Assembly: GCA_013239625.1 (NCBI GenBank)
Contig: MU056000.1
Span: 14,161,787-14,225,786, forward strand
Origin: Lama guanicoe
Taxonomy: Eukaryota
Reading direction: 5' to 3'
DNA: 64,000 nt
In this document: piece after piece, positions 1 to 12,499 of the stretch
How the letters are laid out: every line of letters begins with the position of its first letter
Numbering within the stretch: position 1 is the first letter of the stretch
The notes under the pieces: model-generated
Seen by the model: the letters and a program-made list of their open reading frames with translations, nothing else
The model's database searches: none
Told to the model about the DNA's origin: nothing
Translations under genes and position numbers: made by a program

Positions 1-170
1 TGACAAAATTTAATAATGACTTAAAAAATATCCCTACTTTATAAGTAGAGGTGGTACACACCCACCCCAGCCCCCTACACAATTATTTAAATTTCACATT
101 ACAGCAGGTTCAAGGAAAAATGAGCAAGGGGACAACTGCAAAGGAACTTCAGTCTTGCTTATTTATTTAG

Positions 171-209
171 AGAACAGTAGAGAGACTATTCACTGAAGTT
201 TTATTGAAG
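171..209 (+). CDS. Candidate internal coding exon (39 nt, phase 0->0, RTVERLFTEVLLK) of an unidentified + strand gene
   Basis: Acceptor cttgcttatttatttag| and donor AAG|gtattt. Only the phase-0 frame is open, and it is in register with the exon at 1264. Confidence 0.35.
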
Positions 210-1263
210 GTATTTTAACCCTTCAGCACATGTTGGTTGTTGTTTTCATTTGGATGAATTCTCTTTTAGGGAGTTGTTAGTGTTGAAATTTAGTCACTCC
301 TTACTAGTAAAACACATATTAAGCCTCTTTGAATTTTCAATTCACTATTTCATACTGAAAACTTCTATAAGAACGGTCAGAGGTAGGAAAAAAATGTTCT
401 CTTACTTTACAGCAGGAACTTGCCTCATGAACATCTTGTTTTGTTTTGTTTTGTATAACGAGTATCATTTTGCACTTCTTGTATTTAAAAAAAAGATTTA
501 AAAAATAGACTGTACTGATTATGGGGTAAGATGTTTTATTTATTTTTTATAAAAGGAGAGATGCAAAGATTATCTAATTTCTAATCATCTTAAACCATAT
601 TAGTAAAGAATCAGGAATCACTAGAAGGAAATCCACTGATATTTTCAAATTGCATCTTTTTTATTAACCTCTTTTTTTCAAAATGAAAGAGTGACATCCC
701 AATGCATGCACCTAAAGATATAAATCAATGATGATTTAGTATCTTGATGCAATTATTTAAAAAATAATATTTTATATTAATATAGGCTTTCCTGCCAAAT
801 TCAAGGCACTTTAATGAGTGAAATAAACATATTTAATCTTTGCTTAGTATTCTAATTATCTATTTAATATAAGAAATAAATACATTAAATAAGTGACACA
901 TTAAGAAAATGACAAAATATTAGGTGTCTAGGATTAAGTACATGGCTGGCCACATTCAAGACAAATGGGAGGCAAGGGGAATTCAAAATGTATAACTTGA
1001 GTTTTTTAATTATTAAAACACATGTATTTCAATTCCTATCATGGTAACTTATTCCTTAAGTTGACTATGGAAATGTTTTCCATTATTAGAGAAAATAAGA
1101 AACTACATATGCATTGTCAGCTGTAGAAAAATTGGAATAGTTTTGGGTTGTTGTACAGTTTCCAAATGAATTCCCATTTATCTTCACAAATGTTCATACA
1201 AACAGTTGTGAGGGCTAGAAAGGCAGTAACATTTGACCTCTGAATATTTCTGTCTTCTCTCAG

Positions 1264-1292
1264 ACTTGTCCAATACTAGGCAACACCAAAAA
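1264..1292 (+). CDS. Candidate internal coding exon (29 nt, phase 0->2, TCPILGNTK-N)
   Basis: Strong acceptor tttctgtcttctctcag| and donor AAA|gtaatt. Phase fits the exon at 5769. Confidence 0.35.
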
Positions 1293-1949
1293 GTAATTTA
1301 TCACTATGCCACACTTGCCTGAAGAATTTCTTAGGGGCTCAAGAAGAATGATGAGGTTAGTCTTTAAGCCCTAAAAGCTCCTGAAGGTGAATTTTTCTCT
1401 TTGATGCACACAGATATTTCTGTCTTTGCTGAAGATTTGCTTCTGGATCTTTGTTCTCATTGTCAACACTGAGGCTTTAGGTAGCCTACTTAATGCCCTC
1501 ATTTTAATGGAAACTTAGGTCAATATGTTCACTTGGCTGTAGATATTTCAGTCTCAGTCTCGACTATGTTCACTGCCAGAGTAGAGGCACGGCAGCTGAA
1601 ATTTTGGAAAAAATACAGCAGAAGTGGCAATGAGAGAGGAGAATGAAGATTATCCTTGAGAAGGAATTTGAGTGGCCATAGGCACTCACAGATTTTTCAC
1701 AGAATCTCATGTAAACTCATATGGCCCCCAATAAAAGTCTGCTTGCAGGGAGCTAAGGAAACTTCTCGAAAAAGAAACTACAAATGCTGAAGTTGACCTT
1801 ATTAAATAAGGCCATAATTTTTATAAAGGAGTAGCTTATCTAAGGAAAACACTAGATATACTTGAACTTGTCTCTGCTGTAAAACCCTGAGTCCCAAGGA
1901 GCCCAAGATGTTTAAGTGACAGAGTTCTACACCGCCAGCAGTTCCAGAT

Positions 1950-3137
1950 GATCCAGGAGTTACATTCCTGGGCATCGACCCCAGAGGAATGAAAACCTAT
2001 GTTCACACAAATACCTGTAAACAGATGTTATCAGCAGAGTTGTTTGTTACAGCCTAGAACTGGGAACAATGCAGAGTTCCCTAAAGAGGTAAGCAGTTAC
2101 ACCAACTGTGCTATATTCATATCACGGAAAACTGCATGGCAACAAGGGTAGACTGTGGATAAACACAGCACGTAAGTAAGTCTCCAGGAAAATATGTTGA
2201 GTGGAGAAAGCCAATCCCCCAAAGTTACACTGACATACCATTATCAAAATGAAAAAATAGAGAGATTCAGAACAGACTAGTAGTCTTCGATTAGGGAGAG
2301 GGTTGGAAATGGGTGTGAGACCGAGGCAGGTGTTGTTACAAAAAGGTAACAAGAGGAACCCAGGTGGTAAGAGAATTGTTCTGTAACCTGATTTTGGTGG
2401 TGGATACACGAACCTACATGTTGTGAACTGAAAAACGCTCCCCCTAAGTATCTATGATCCAATCGCTGATACCCACGAATGTTGACTTACTTGGAAAAAG
2501 ATCTTCGCCGATGTCATTAAATTAAGAGATTATGCCAGATTAGTCAAATGAGCCCTAGATACCTTCACAAGCATTCTTATAAAAGAGAAGCAGAAATAGA
2601 TTACACACACGGAAGAGGCGGCAATGTGAACAAGCAGGCAGAGATTGAAGTAATGCAACCAGAAGACAAAGATGCCAACCACCCAAAGCTGAACAAACCG
2701 ATGACAGATTATCTTGTAGAGAATGCAGAGGGATCATAACCCTGCAGACAGCTTGATTTTAGCCCAAATGATACAAATTTTGAACTTCTGGTCTACAGAC
2801 CTGTGAGAATAAATTTCTGTGGTTTTAAGCCACTGAGTTTCTGGTGATTCATTACAGCAGTTGTGGGAAAGTACACGCTACATGTATAATAAAGCTGCAT
2901 AGAACTAACCAAACACACATACACGTGCACATAAATGAGTATATATACAACTGATGAAATCTGAGTAAAACTGGTAATATCAGTATCAGTTTTTCTGGAT
3001 TTAATATTGTGCTATAATTTTATAAGGTGCTATCCTTGGGGGAAACTGGTTAAAGGATGTATAGGATCTTTCTACATTATCCAACACTTGCATGTGAATT
3101 TACAAATATCTCAAAATTTAAAATACAATTTTAAAAA
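1950..3137 (+). mobile_element. Old LINE-1 3' end (L1MC-like), split by an MLT1 LTR
   Basis: Degenerate ORF2 end (cccagaggaatgaaaacctatgttcacacaa...) and L1MC-type 3'UTR (ggggaaactggttaaagg...tgcatgtgaatttacaaatatctcaaaa). Confidence 0.8.
2419..2877 (+). mobile_element. MaLR solo LTR (MLT1C/D-like) nested in L1
   Basis: Starts TG, carries the MLT1 3' motif gagaataaatttctgtggttttaagccactgagtttctggtgattcattacagcag, and is flanked by a 5-bp TSD CTACA (2414-2418, 2878-2882). Confidence 0.85.
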
Positions 3138-3159
3138 GTGATAGAGTAGTTTCAGTAAG

Positions 3160-4032
3160 GACTATTAGGAAAAAAAATTAGGAGAATATTTTTATGACCT
3201 TAAGATATGCAAAAACATTTTTAAATATACTAAAATTAAGAGATGTAAAACATAATTTAAAAAACACCAATAAGAAAATGAAAAGGCAATCCAGAGTGAA
3301 GGAATATTTGTCATTTAGGAATGTGATTAATTACTCCTATATAAAGAGCTCCTAAAGAACAATTAAAAAGTTACTATGAAAAAAAAAAGGGCAAAAAATT
3401 CAACAGAATGTTTTCACAAGAGAACATATCTAACTGACCAATAAACATATAAAATGGTGATTAAATTACACTCACTATGATCCAGTATTTCCACTCACAT
3501 TTGTATATCCAACAGAAATGGGTTCATATATTCACCCAAAGATATATACACATGATAACAGTAATAACATCCAGAATAATACTAAACCTGAAACAATCCA
3601 AATGTTCTTTTATGTTTAAATGATTAAGTACTTTTATATTCCTACAAAGTAATATTATATAACAATAACAACAAAATAATTACAATTAAAAATACTATCA
3701 AGAATAAATCACTGAAAATTACAATTAAAGGAAAAAAGTACATGTAGTACATAACGAATAATTCTATTTATATAAATTTCAAACTATAGTAAATTAAGTC
3801 ATGGAACTAGAAGTTAGGAACTAGCTACCTTGAAGGGGGTGGGGCAGTGCTTAGTAGGGGCACAGCGTTCTTTTAGTATTTAGATGCAATTCTGCTGTTG
3901 TTGTTGTTTTTTTTTAACCTGGATGAAGAGAACATGGTTGAATTTATGCCCCAGCAAATTTAATTGAGTTAGGTACTTATGATTTTTGCCCTTTTCTATA
4001 TATATATATACACCACACTTTAATTTTAAAAA
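3160..4032 (+). mobile_element. Highly decayed LINE-1 3' region (L1ME-like)
   Basis: Remnants of ORF2 end (gggcaaaaaattcaacaga...ccaataaacatataaaa; atccaacagaaatgggttcatatattcacccaaagata) and a 3'UTR ending in an A-rich tail. Confidence 0.65.
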
Positions 4033-4039
4033 AGCATGT

Positions 4040-4370
4040 AATTTTTTCTGTACCTTTCTAGATGAAATTTAGTTTCAGAAATACGCAAAAAGAATTGCAC
4101 TAAATTTATAGATTTGGGAATTGTTTTCATCCTTATTATTTTACAACATCAAAGCGTATGCTGCATCTTTACACTTAGTCTTTATTCCCGTCTGATAAAT
4201 TTTTCAGGCTCTCTTTTCTTTTTTACGTAAGTCATGCAAATTTTTGGTGAGATAATTGTTTTAATTTTACAAGTATATCAATCACAGCTACTATTGTAAA
4301 GGAAAACTTTTCAATTTACCTCATTTCTAATTAGTTATTAATGCTATGTAGGAAATATATTCTAAACTTC
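4040..4370 (-). mobile_element. Decayed antisense LINE-1 ORF2 fragment
   Basis: gaattgcactaaatttatagatttgggaa and tttctaattagttattaatgctatgtaggaaat resemble antisense old L1 ORF2. Confidence 0.5.
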
Positions 4371-4729
4371 AGAATGCATTCTATAAAATCAGTCAAACAA
4401 TGTGTAAATACAGAGCTTTATGGAGATTCATTCCAATGTTGCTCATTGAAAATTTAGGAAAAATAACTACTAATAAAAATTTGCTCAAATAAAATGGGTA
4501 CAATGATGTTAAGAATTAATGAGCCAATAAAAATGATGTGGTATATGAACATTTAATTATGTGGAAAATGAGAAGAAATTATTGCTAAGTAAAATAGCAT
4601 GTTATAAATGTTATGTATGGGGTGAATCAACGTAACTATATATATAATTAATAAAGGTCTGAATGGATACATACTAATTATTGACAATGTTCTCCTGAAC
4701 ATATTTTATTAAAAATAAGCACTTTAATA

Positions 4730-5046
4730 CAGTTCTCCTGCTGTATGCATGGAAGATTGGTTCCAGGATGCCCTTGGATAGTAAAATCATCAGATGCTCA
4801 AGTCCTTTATATAAAATGGTGTAGCATTTGCATATAACCTATGTGAATCCTCCTGTATACGTTAAATCATCTCTAGATTATGTATAATACGTAATATAAT
4901 GCAAATACTATGTAAACAGTTGCCAGTGCACAGAAAATTCAGGTTTTCCTTTTTGGAACCTCCTGGAAAATTATTTTTCAAATATTTCCCAGCTGTGGTT
5001 TGTTGAATCAGATGATACAGAACTCATGGACACAGAGGGCTGTCTA
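4730..5046 (+). mobile_element. Tc1/mariner Tigger-derived MITE (MER2/MER2B-like)
   Basis: TA-flanked CAG... start, MER2 core gatgctcaagtcctttatataaaatggtgtagcatttgcatataacct, and end cacagagggctgtcta|ta. Confidence 0.85.
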
Positions 5047-5199
5047 TACTAAGATTTTACAAGCTGTTATGTTTTTAGTGCAAAACTGCATTTTCCTCCT
5101 CTTTAATAAAGAATAATACAGGTATTTTAAAAAGTATCAATAAAGGCTTTGTATAAGAGAAGCCGTCCAAAAATATCATTCTGAGTAAGTGGAGGAATC

Positions 5200-5400
5200 A
5201 AAACAGACTTTGAAATCAAGCACAGCAGGTTGAAAATCCTGGCTTGGTACTTACAAATTTGTGCTTTGGGAAATTTATTTAACTTCTGGGAGAAAATTTC
5301 CTCCATAAAATGTATAAAATAAAATAATCTCATAAGACTTGGTGAGTATATTATTGTCTAGTCTTAAACAACTTAAAGTTTATATGATTACTATTGTCAT
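5200..5400 (+). mobile_element. MIR SINE (decayed)
   Basis: Core-like ttgggaaatttatttaacttctgggagaaaatttcctccataaaatg after a B-box-like ggttgaaaatcc. Confidence 0.55.
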
Positions 5401-5768
5401 TTTTATTAATATACTGGAGAAACCCTTGGAAATTTTATTTTGGTATATTGACAATAACTTTCTCTAATTACAAATCAACACATTATACTTTAAAAGTAGA
5501 TATTTTACTACTTTGTAACTGTTTATCCTTTAAGAAAGAAGAAATTATTTCAATAATTTTATAAATTTAAATTTGTAACAGAAAATACATAATCATACAT
5601 TTTCATTTTTGTTTATTATCTTTTCTGTTCACTCATTCCAAGAAATCTTTATCTTAACATGAGCCAAACTAATTATCCTTCAATTTATCTACTTATATTT
5701 GAATCCCCTACATTAATTGCATCAGAAGCAAAGTGAGCTTTTAAGAATAAATCTTAAATCTATTGTAG

Positions 5769-5814
5769 TTTCAGAAAGTCTGGACTTCTCACTGAATTTG
5801 GAACAAATATTCAG
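5769..5814 (+). CDS. Candidate coding exon (46 nt, phase 2->0, FRKSGLLTEFGTNIQ)
   Basis: tattgtag| acceptor (alternative in-frame AG at 5774) and near-consensus donor CAG|gtaaga. In register with the exon at 7682. Confidence 0.55.
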
Positions 5815-6379
5815 GTAAGAAGTGGCATGTATTTAAAATATATTCAATACTATAAAAATCACATAAAAAGCATTAAAATATCTATGAAACCTAAATTCAG
5901 AATACATTTCCTAATAGAATTTGAAATACTAGATGCAGATTATTTATAAATAAAATGTTAGACTAAAAGAGAAACCCAATTTGATATTTTCTATAGTTAA
6001 TATTATGACATTTTATAAAATAAATTATAACTGGGAATTATCACTCAATCAGTGAATAAGGTATTTTTTCACATATTGTGTTTAAAGCATAAAATGATGG
6101 CATTATAGATCCCAGTATCTCAATCAAAAGCCAAATAAATAACATATGAACTATTAAAGGAATAATTAGTCTGTCTCAGAATAACATCATGACACTCTAA
6201 TTTTTTACCACATGTATCATTGTTTTGCAACTAGTTTTCTTGGTTAACCAAAACATGGACATTAAGCCAGTACAGTTATTAATTCAGCTCCAGTTCTTGT
6301 GAAACTATTAGGGCAAAATGACTTTAATTTTACCTTGTTCATAATCCTCTAGGAAAAAATGTGGTACTTTACCCCACTG

Positions 6380-6817
6380 ACATGATGGAGGTTACTCCCC
6401 AGTCCTGAGGGTGGGCTAGGCTCAGTGGCCGATTTCTAATAATAGAATATGGTGGGGTGGATGGCATGTCACTTCTGAGATTGCAACAGGAAGACTGCAT
6501 TTAGGGTCTTTCTCCTTTCTCCCTCCTCCTCGGATCACTCATTTTTGCGGCAGGTCAAAGTGGCCTTTCAGAGAAAGCCACGTATCAAAGTGCTGGGGAC
6601 CTCAGTCCAACAATCCGAGAGGAGCTTGGAAGCGGATTCTCCAGTCCCAATTAAGCCTTGAGATGAGGACAGGCCTATCGCACCACCATCTTGAGAGAGA
6701 CCCTGAGCAAGAACCACCCAGCTGAGCCACTCCCAGATTCCTGGCCCTTAGAAATCGTGTGGGATAATCACTTTCTGAAGCTGCCAAGTTACAGGAAATA
6801 TATGCAGGAAGAATACA
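6380..6817 (+). mobile_element. MaLR solo LTR (MLT1F-like)
   Basis: MLT1 motifs gagcttggaagcggattctcc and gagagaccctgagcaagaaccacccagctgagccactcccagattcctggcccttagaaatcgtgtgggataat, ending aataca. Confidence 0.8.
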
Positions 6818-7681
6818 GACTTTGGTGACATAGACTGGATGCCCAGGTGCCACGGTGTGTGTTCCTTTGTCTCTCAGAACTTTAGTTTCCCATTTTCAAA
6901 AAGTCTTATTTATCTGTATCTTGCAGAGTAGTTCCAAAGTTTAACCCTTATCAAGCATCCTGTATTTATCAAATAAAATGGGCATACAGAGAATAATCAA
7001 CAATAAATAGTGTACATTATGATTTTACCATCTGTATTATTGCTTATTATTTCAAATATGTTTCTTTATGCTAAAATATTCAAAACAGAAGAAATAAAGA
7101 ATTCAATTGAAATGATTTCTGGATATCTCTACACAACAGCTTTACCCAACCAGGGTTTGACTTGGATAATTGTAATACTTTCCAAATCCAAACAAAAATT
7201 AGACAAGCTAAAAATGAGCTACAAACTCAGTCACAGAATGTAAGATATCTCCCCGTCATAATAAAGCGTTAGACATTTTTAAGCTCAAAATTGAAAGGGA
7301 AAGGGCTGTCATAATATTTTTAGCTTCAGAATTTCTAATACCAGAAGGTTGGAATTTGTATTTTGTAAGTGACTAACCTTGCATTTGGAATAGCATCATT
7401 TCTGTCCTCCTCCCTCCCAAGTAATATACTGAGAAAAGAGTGCTTTGTTACCTCCTCGCTTGTAAGTGGTTTTGAAAATGCAGTTGAAAATGAAAGTTTC
7501 TGTGTCATCTTATGAACAGAGCAACATATCACGCTATTTTGGTAATTAACATACAAAATAATGACACATTATGGAAATTTTTAAAGATGTAATCAGGAGC
7601 TTCAACCCTTTAAGCTAGCTTTTTCAGTTATACAAGTAAAGTTGCTTTTATATGTGTGTGATCTTTTTCTTTGTTTTGAAG

Positions 7682-7819
7682 GACTGTACATTTAAATCAT
7701 CCACACAGAATTTTGAAATACTAGGACAGAACTCAGTCAAGAAGCTGCAGAAGATATTGTCTGTCTCTAAGAGAGAAACAAAGAAAGTCCCCATTCCTCC
7801 CATTACTGTAGAAAACACA
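7682..7819 (+). CDS. Candidate coding exon (138 nt, phase 0->0, DCTFKSSTQNFEILGQNSVKKLQKILSVSKRETKKVPIPPITVENT)
   Basis: Strong acceptor tctttttctttgttttgaag| and donor ACA|gtgggt. Only the phase-0 frame is open (part of ORF 7652-7924). Purine-rich, non-repetitive sequence. Confidence 0.6.
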
Positions 7820-8610
7820 GTGGGTTCCTTCCAAATCACATTTGAACAAAATGGGCTGTGCTCTGGAAAAAGTTACAATCTTCCACAGTATTTTGTTGTT
7901 GTTGTTATTTGCTGGATAAAATGAATTGAAATACCTGATATCTGAATTGTTTCTTGTGCTAGACAATTTAATGGTTCAATGTTATGAGAGGCTTTATCCC
8001 ATAATAGACTAATCTAATAAAATATAGGAAAATAGAAGGATTTATATGTGTAACACTCAGGTAGTCAAAACTCGGTAGGACTGGGAATCCTGGGAGATAC
8101 TTGAGGTGATGAGAGAGAAGCATATGCATCTATCTCAGGAAAAAATCCACAAATCAGTAAGCTTTCAGATAATGTGACAGCAACATCACTTCTCTGTGTC
8201 TCACCCAGCTGTGCACATTAGTTAACTGGCTAAATAAGTACTGCTTTTGGCTTCTGCTCTTTTCATCTGAAAAATAATACTTAACTATGATCTTGAAATA
8301 TCTTCTTGTGACCAATTCTCTCTCATTGTGATACTCAAGAGTTATTCTGATTATGATCCAGTTATGACATTTACTTTCCTGAATTTATAAAAACATATTT
8401 TTGTATTGTGGTGGGAAGAGGTCTTTCGTTCCTTCGAGTATATGATGACAGTTAAGGGTCTGCTTTCTTGAAGAACGCAGATATACAAAAATGACCACAA
8501 AACAGAATACAGTATTAAAGGCAAGTCTAAGAGATAACCGTAAGATTTATGAAGATCTTGTAACTGCAAATGGTTTCTCTCTGAGAGATGTTTCTCCATC
8601 CTGATAAAAG

Positions 8611-8648
8611 GCCTCAATTTATATTACTGAAGTGGGAGCTTTTGAAAC
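8611..8648 (+). CDS. Candidate coding exon (38 nt, phase 0->2, ASIYITEVGAFE-T)
   Basis: Acceptor tttctccatcctgataaaag| and donor AAC|gtgagt. Phases bridge the exons at 7682 and 9096. Confidence 0.5.
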
Positions 8649-9095
8649 GTGAGTCTGGAGAAAGGCAGCCAGAACTGTGCAAGCAATTGGAGATACAAAG
8701 AAGAAAGATGAAGTTCAAGTGTTTCAATTTCCAGGTGAGAAATTGGAAACTGTTTCCCAAAGAAGCAGCTGGATAAATAATGGCTGGGTTCTATCATAAT
8801 ACTGGGGCTACATTTTAATTACATTTTGATTTAGGTAGAATCTTGCAGGTTGGCTTTGTGTCCTAACCACATTCATCACACTTGTTTTATGGGGAAATAC
8901 ATTCCAAATTCTAACAGTGGCTTACAAATGAACTTGTAGAACACAACCTGTTTGCAATTGGGGAATGACTTGTAATTCTTTATTTTTATTAATGGTTCAT
9001 TAAAAATATCGGAAATGGAACAAAGAATGAACAATTTGAACTATAGCATATTTACAATAAATTTACAGTATGTCTATGTATATTATGATTTACAG

Positions 9096-9163
9096 TTTAG
9101 AATATCAATTTTTTGGAAGTTTTTTTCATCTTTCCTCAAAAAGAATTGCAATATCAGTTATAG
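9096..9163 (+). CDS. Candidate coding exon (68 nt, phase 2->1, LEYQFFGSFFHLSSKRIAISVI)
   Basis: Acceptor tatgatttacag| and consensus donor TAG|gtaagt. The frame is open and continues from the exon at 8611. Confidence 0.5.
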
Positions 9164-12159
9164 GTAAGTTGAAACATCTGTTTATTTCTTTACTTCTATG
9201 TACCTTTTTTTAATCTTTTAAAAAAGCTTTTTATACAATGGAAACTGTTGGCTAGCACAGACCAGTTGGATCTCAGGCCATGAAAAACTGTATTAAAGTT
9301 AACTGTATTAAAATTAAAGGACTTGTGAATTATCAAAACTGAAGGCTGACAGAGAACCCAGAAAAAAGTGACAAATCAGTTAGGTTTACGTAGTGTCACT
9401 GCATTTGGTGCTCTTCAAATTTTTTTTTTCCAAATAAGAAGAAACTCAAAATGTAAGCACGAAGACGAGTCATCCTTAGTGATACCACTTATGTTTTCTA
9501 AACAGTTATAACCTAAAGCTAATACACTTATCTATAAGAATTAGCAAACTATGTATTTTCCTCTAGTCATTAATATACTCCTCAACAATATGTGCTTTTG
9601 GACATTAAACTTCAATTTAATAGTCCCTAGATATAGTGGAAGAAAGAATTCATTAATTAATGAACAGCTAATGATCTGAAAAATGAAAACCAGATGTCAA
9701 TAGTTCTCACATCTAGTAATACGAGATGGAAAGATAATGAAATTTGGTATAGATTCTCTGACAATAGGGATTTCATAGGACTAATAAATCTAATACATAG
9801 GCGTTAACTATATCAGTCTCATAATCAATAAAAAAGGTTCAAATAAACACCATCTACCTCTTGATCCTTCCCATTAATATAAAATTTCAATGTATAATAT
9901 ATGTTAAAATCTTAAAGTTTCATGTAAAATACTGAAATGCAAGTTTGCAAATTATTAGACTGAGTTTATCTACACTTATATCTACATTTAGAAAATATAT
10001 AATTGTTTACCATATCAAAGATAATTCTTATTAACATAAACAGAATAATAGTGAGAAGTTCTACAACTTAGTAACATACCACAACTCTCTATCCCTTTTT
10101 GCAAATAGCATCAAAACGAACCATTCACAGTATCCAAATTCTAAGACTTTATACAAGATAGTTTTGAAGCGCTATTCAAACTTGTTGAATTCTGAGAAAT
10201 ATACTCAAAAAAGTATTCCAGCTCATTCATTTTCTCAAAATAGCATAGGGACTATGTAAATAGAAAATGTGGCCAACATTGTATCACTCTAAGATAAATT
10301 ATTAGAGACCAAATATTTGAGAATATAAATATATCCATGATTGGTCCCAAGTAATGACCAATAAATTAAACCAACAACTCACCGAAATACAACAGTCATC
10401 TGCCCAAGTCAGTCTGTCTCTCTAAACTATCACATACACCAGCTGTTAGAAGTTGGTAACGAAAGTATAATGACGCATCACTTGATAGATAAAGATCAAT
10501 GAAAAGAATGGAATGTCCAGTGCTTACTGGTTAATGATCAATGATTTGTCTACCATTGCATTCTTGAAATTTAAAGAGAGCAAGTTGATTGCTCAAATGT
10601 ATCCACTAATACAAAGAGAAAGTCTTGTTTACTTTGTCTTTGTGGCCACCTTTCCTTCAATAGGTGCTCAAAAATACCAATACAGCAAGATCTCTTCATT
10701 AAAAAAAAAAAAATCCTTGGTTATATATGTCTGTAAACCCACTTCTGTACATCGACAAACAATACACTTTGTACTTCAGCTGGAAATCATAGCATTATAA
10801 AAATCTAAATAACTTTATAAAGAAATCATGATGACAAATAATAGTTTTATGGATTTTTCTCTACTATGATTTCTAATAATTTTGTTTCTAAGCCACAACC
10901 AATTGATCTAAAAACTTAGGAGAAGCATTTTCACAAAGGGAATTGCTATACAATTATATCATTGTACTTTGCATTAGTTAATTTACTCAGTGAATTTACT
11001 AAATGCAAAGATTATATTAATATCTTGAACTTTATAAATACTATTTTCAACCAACTACTCACTCAATATTCAAATGCAATATTCAAATTTTGACTCAAAA
11101 CAGAATAACATCTTATACTTAGTAGCCAGATATATATATCTATCTATATAGAGAGAGATAGATATATAGGTATATAGCTAGATATGTGCTTTAAAGTCTT
11201 TGAATGCAAGACTTAAAAGTTAATTGGAAATGGCTTACTAATATATAATTTGCCTTTATTATTTCTCAATGATGTATCCTAGCAACAATGAAAGGTTAGT
11301 CTTTTCTTTGAGATCTGCTCTTCTGAGTAAGGAAATAAAAATCTTGTTTCAGAAGGCTTATTTACTATCATTGTAAACGTTGTCAGAAATACCTAATCAC
11401 TCGTTTAAATATTTTTAATGAGACATAAAGGCCAACAGAACTAAACTAATATGACTAAACATTCAATGGAAAGTGAAATTCAAGTACTCAGGTATTTCTA
11501 AGCAAGATTGTTTTGACAGATTCTAACATTGACAATGACGTTTCTAGACATGTGCATGAAAACTTTAATCTCATTTAATTAAAAATATTTCTCTATGGTA
11601 TGAACATCTTCCACACTCTTAACCTAAAGTTATATATGCACTATGGGAAGTCAAGAGAAAAAAACTGTTATATATTATACATACTAAGAAAAACATAGAC
11701 AAACTTGAATCTAAAATACTCAAAAAGATGTTAGTATTTTCTGCAGTAAAATGTTATTCCTCTAAAAAGAATTTGTATAATTTTAGGAACTTTACTTTTT
11801 GGCTGTTGGAGGCTATTGAAATAATTTTTAAAACTCTAGAATTTAGTCATGCCCTCCCAGATTGTTGACAACTCTTGCTGCTAGAATATGCTGTTCGTGC
11901 CTGCCAAAGACACCAGCAACCGGTGGTCAGCTGTGTGACCTGTTTTCATCTGAGCTGAGATTTCATTCCTCCCAAGTAAGCAGTGCTACAGGACCATCAT
12001 TTACAGTGGTAAAATTTAATTATATTTTATCAGGCCTGAATGCTAACACAAAATCTAATATTGAAATATGATTGCTCGAGAGCATGTTTGCCTAAATCCA
12101 AAATGAAATAAAATATTGATGTCTAGTTACTAGGTTGACTGTTTATGCTAAAAGGCAGA

Positions 12160-12320
12160 TCAGCACAGTGGGTAAAAGCAATCTTTAGTGTCAGGTGGTC
12201 AGACCTGGGTTCACAGTCTGACTCAGCTGTGAATTAGCTCCATCTTGTTAACTTGGGCACATCTCCTCACCTCAGAAGCATCAGCTTTATTTACTACCCA
12301 GTGCGAATCATAATAGTGCA
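12160..12320 (+). mobile_element. MIR SINE
   Basis: cagcacagtgggtaaaagca...agacctgggttcac...cttgggcacatctcctcacctc...tcagcttt...ataatagt matches the MIR consensus order. Confidence 0.7.
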
Positions 12321-12499
12321 GAGAAGGGAAACTGGTATTTTCTACATTTATTGAGGAAACACAACATACAATGACATTTATCATAGTGAACTGAAACCCA
12401 CTGGTCAGCAGCTCCGAAATCTTTCTAAGAGTATCTCACCCACATAAATAAATGAAACAAGGAAGTAAAGAGGTTTCTTCCATGTCTGTTATGCTGGAA

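Noticed and set aside
7089..7154. Possible + strand exon EEIKNSIEMISGYLYTTALPNQ
   Set aside because: Only open as phase 1->1, incompatible with the neighbouring phase-0 junction; weak splice sites.
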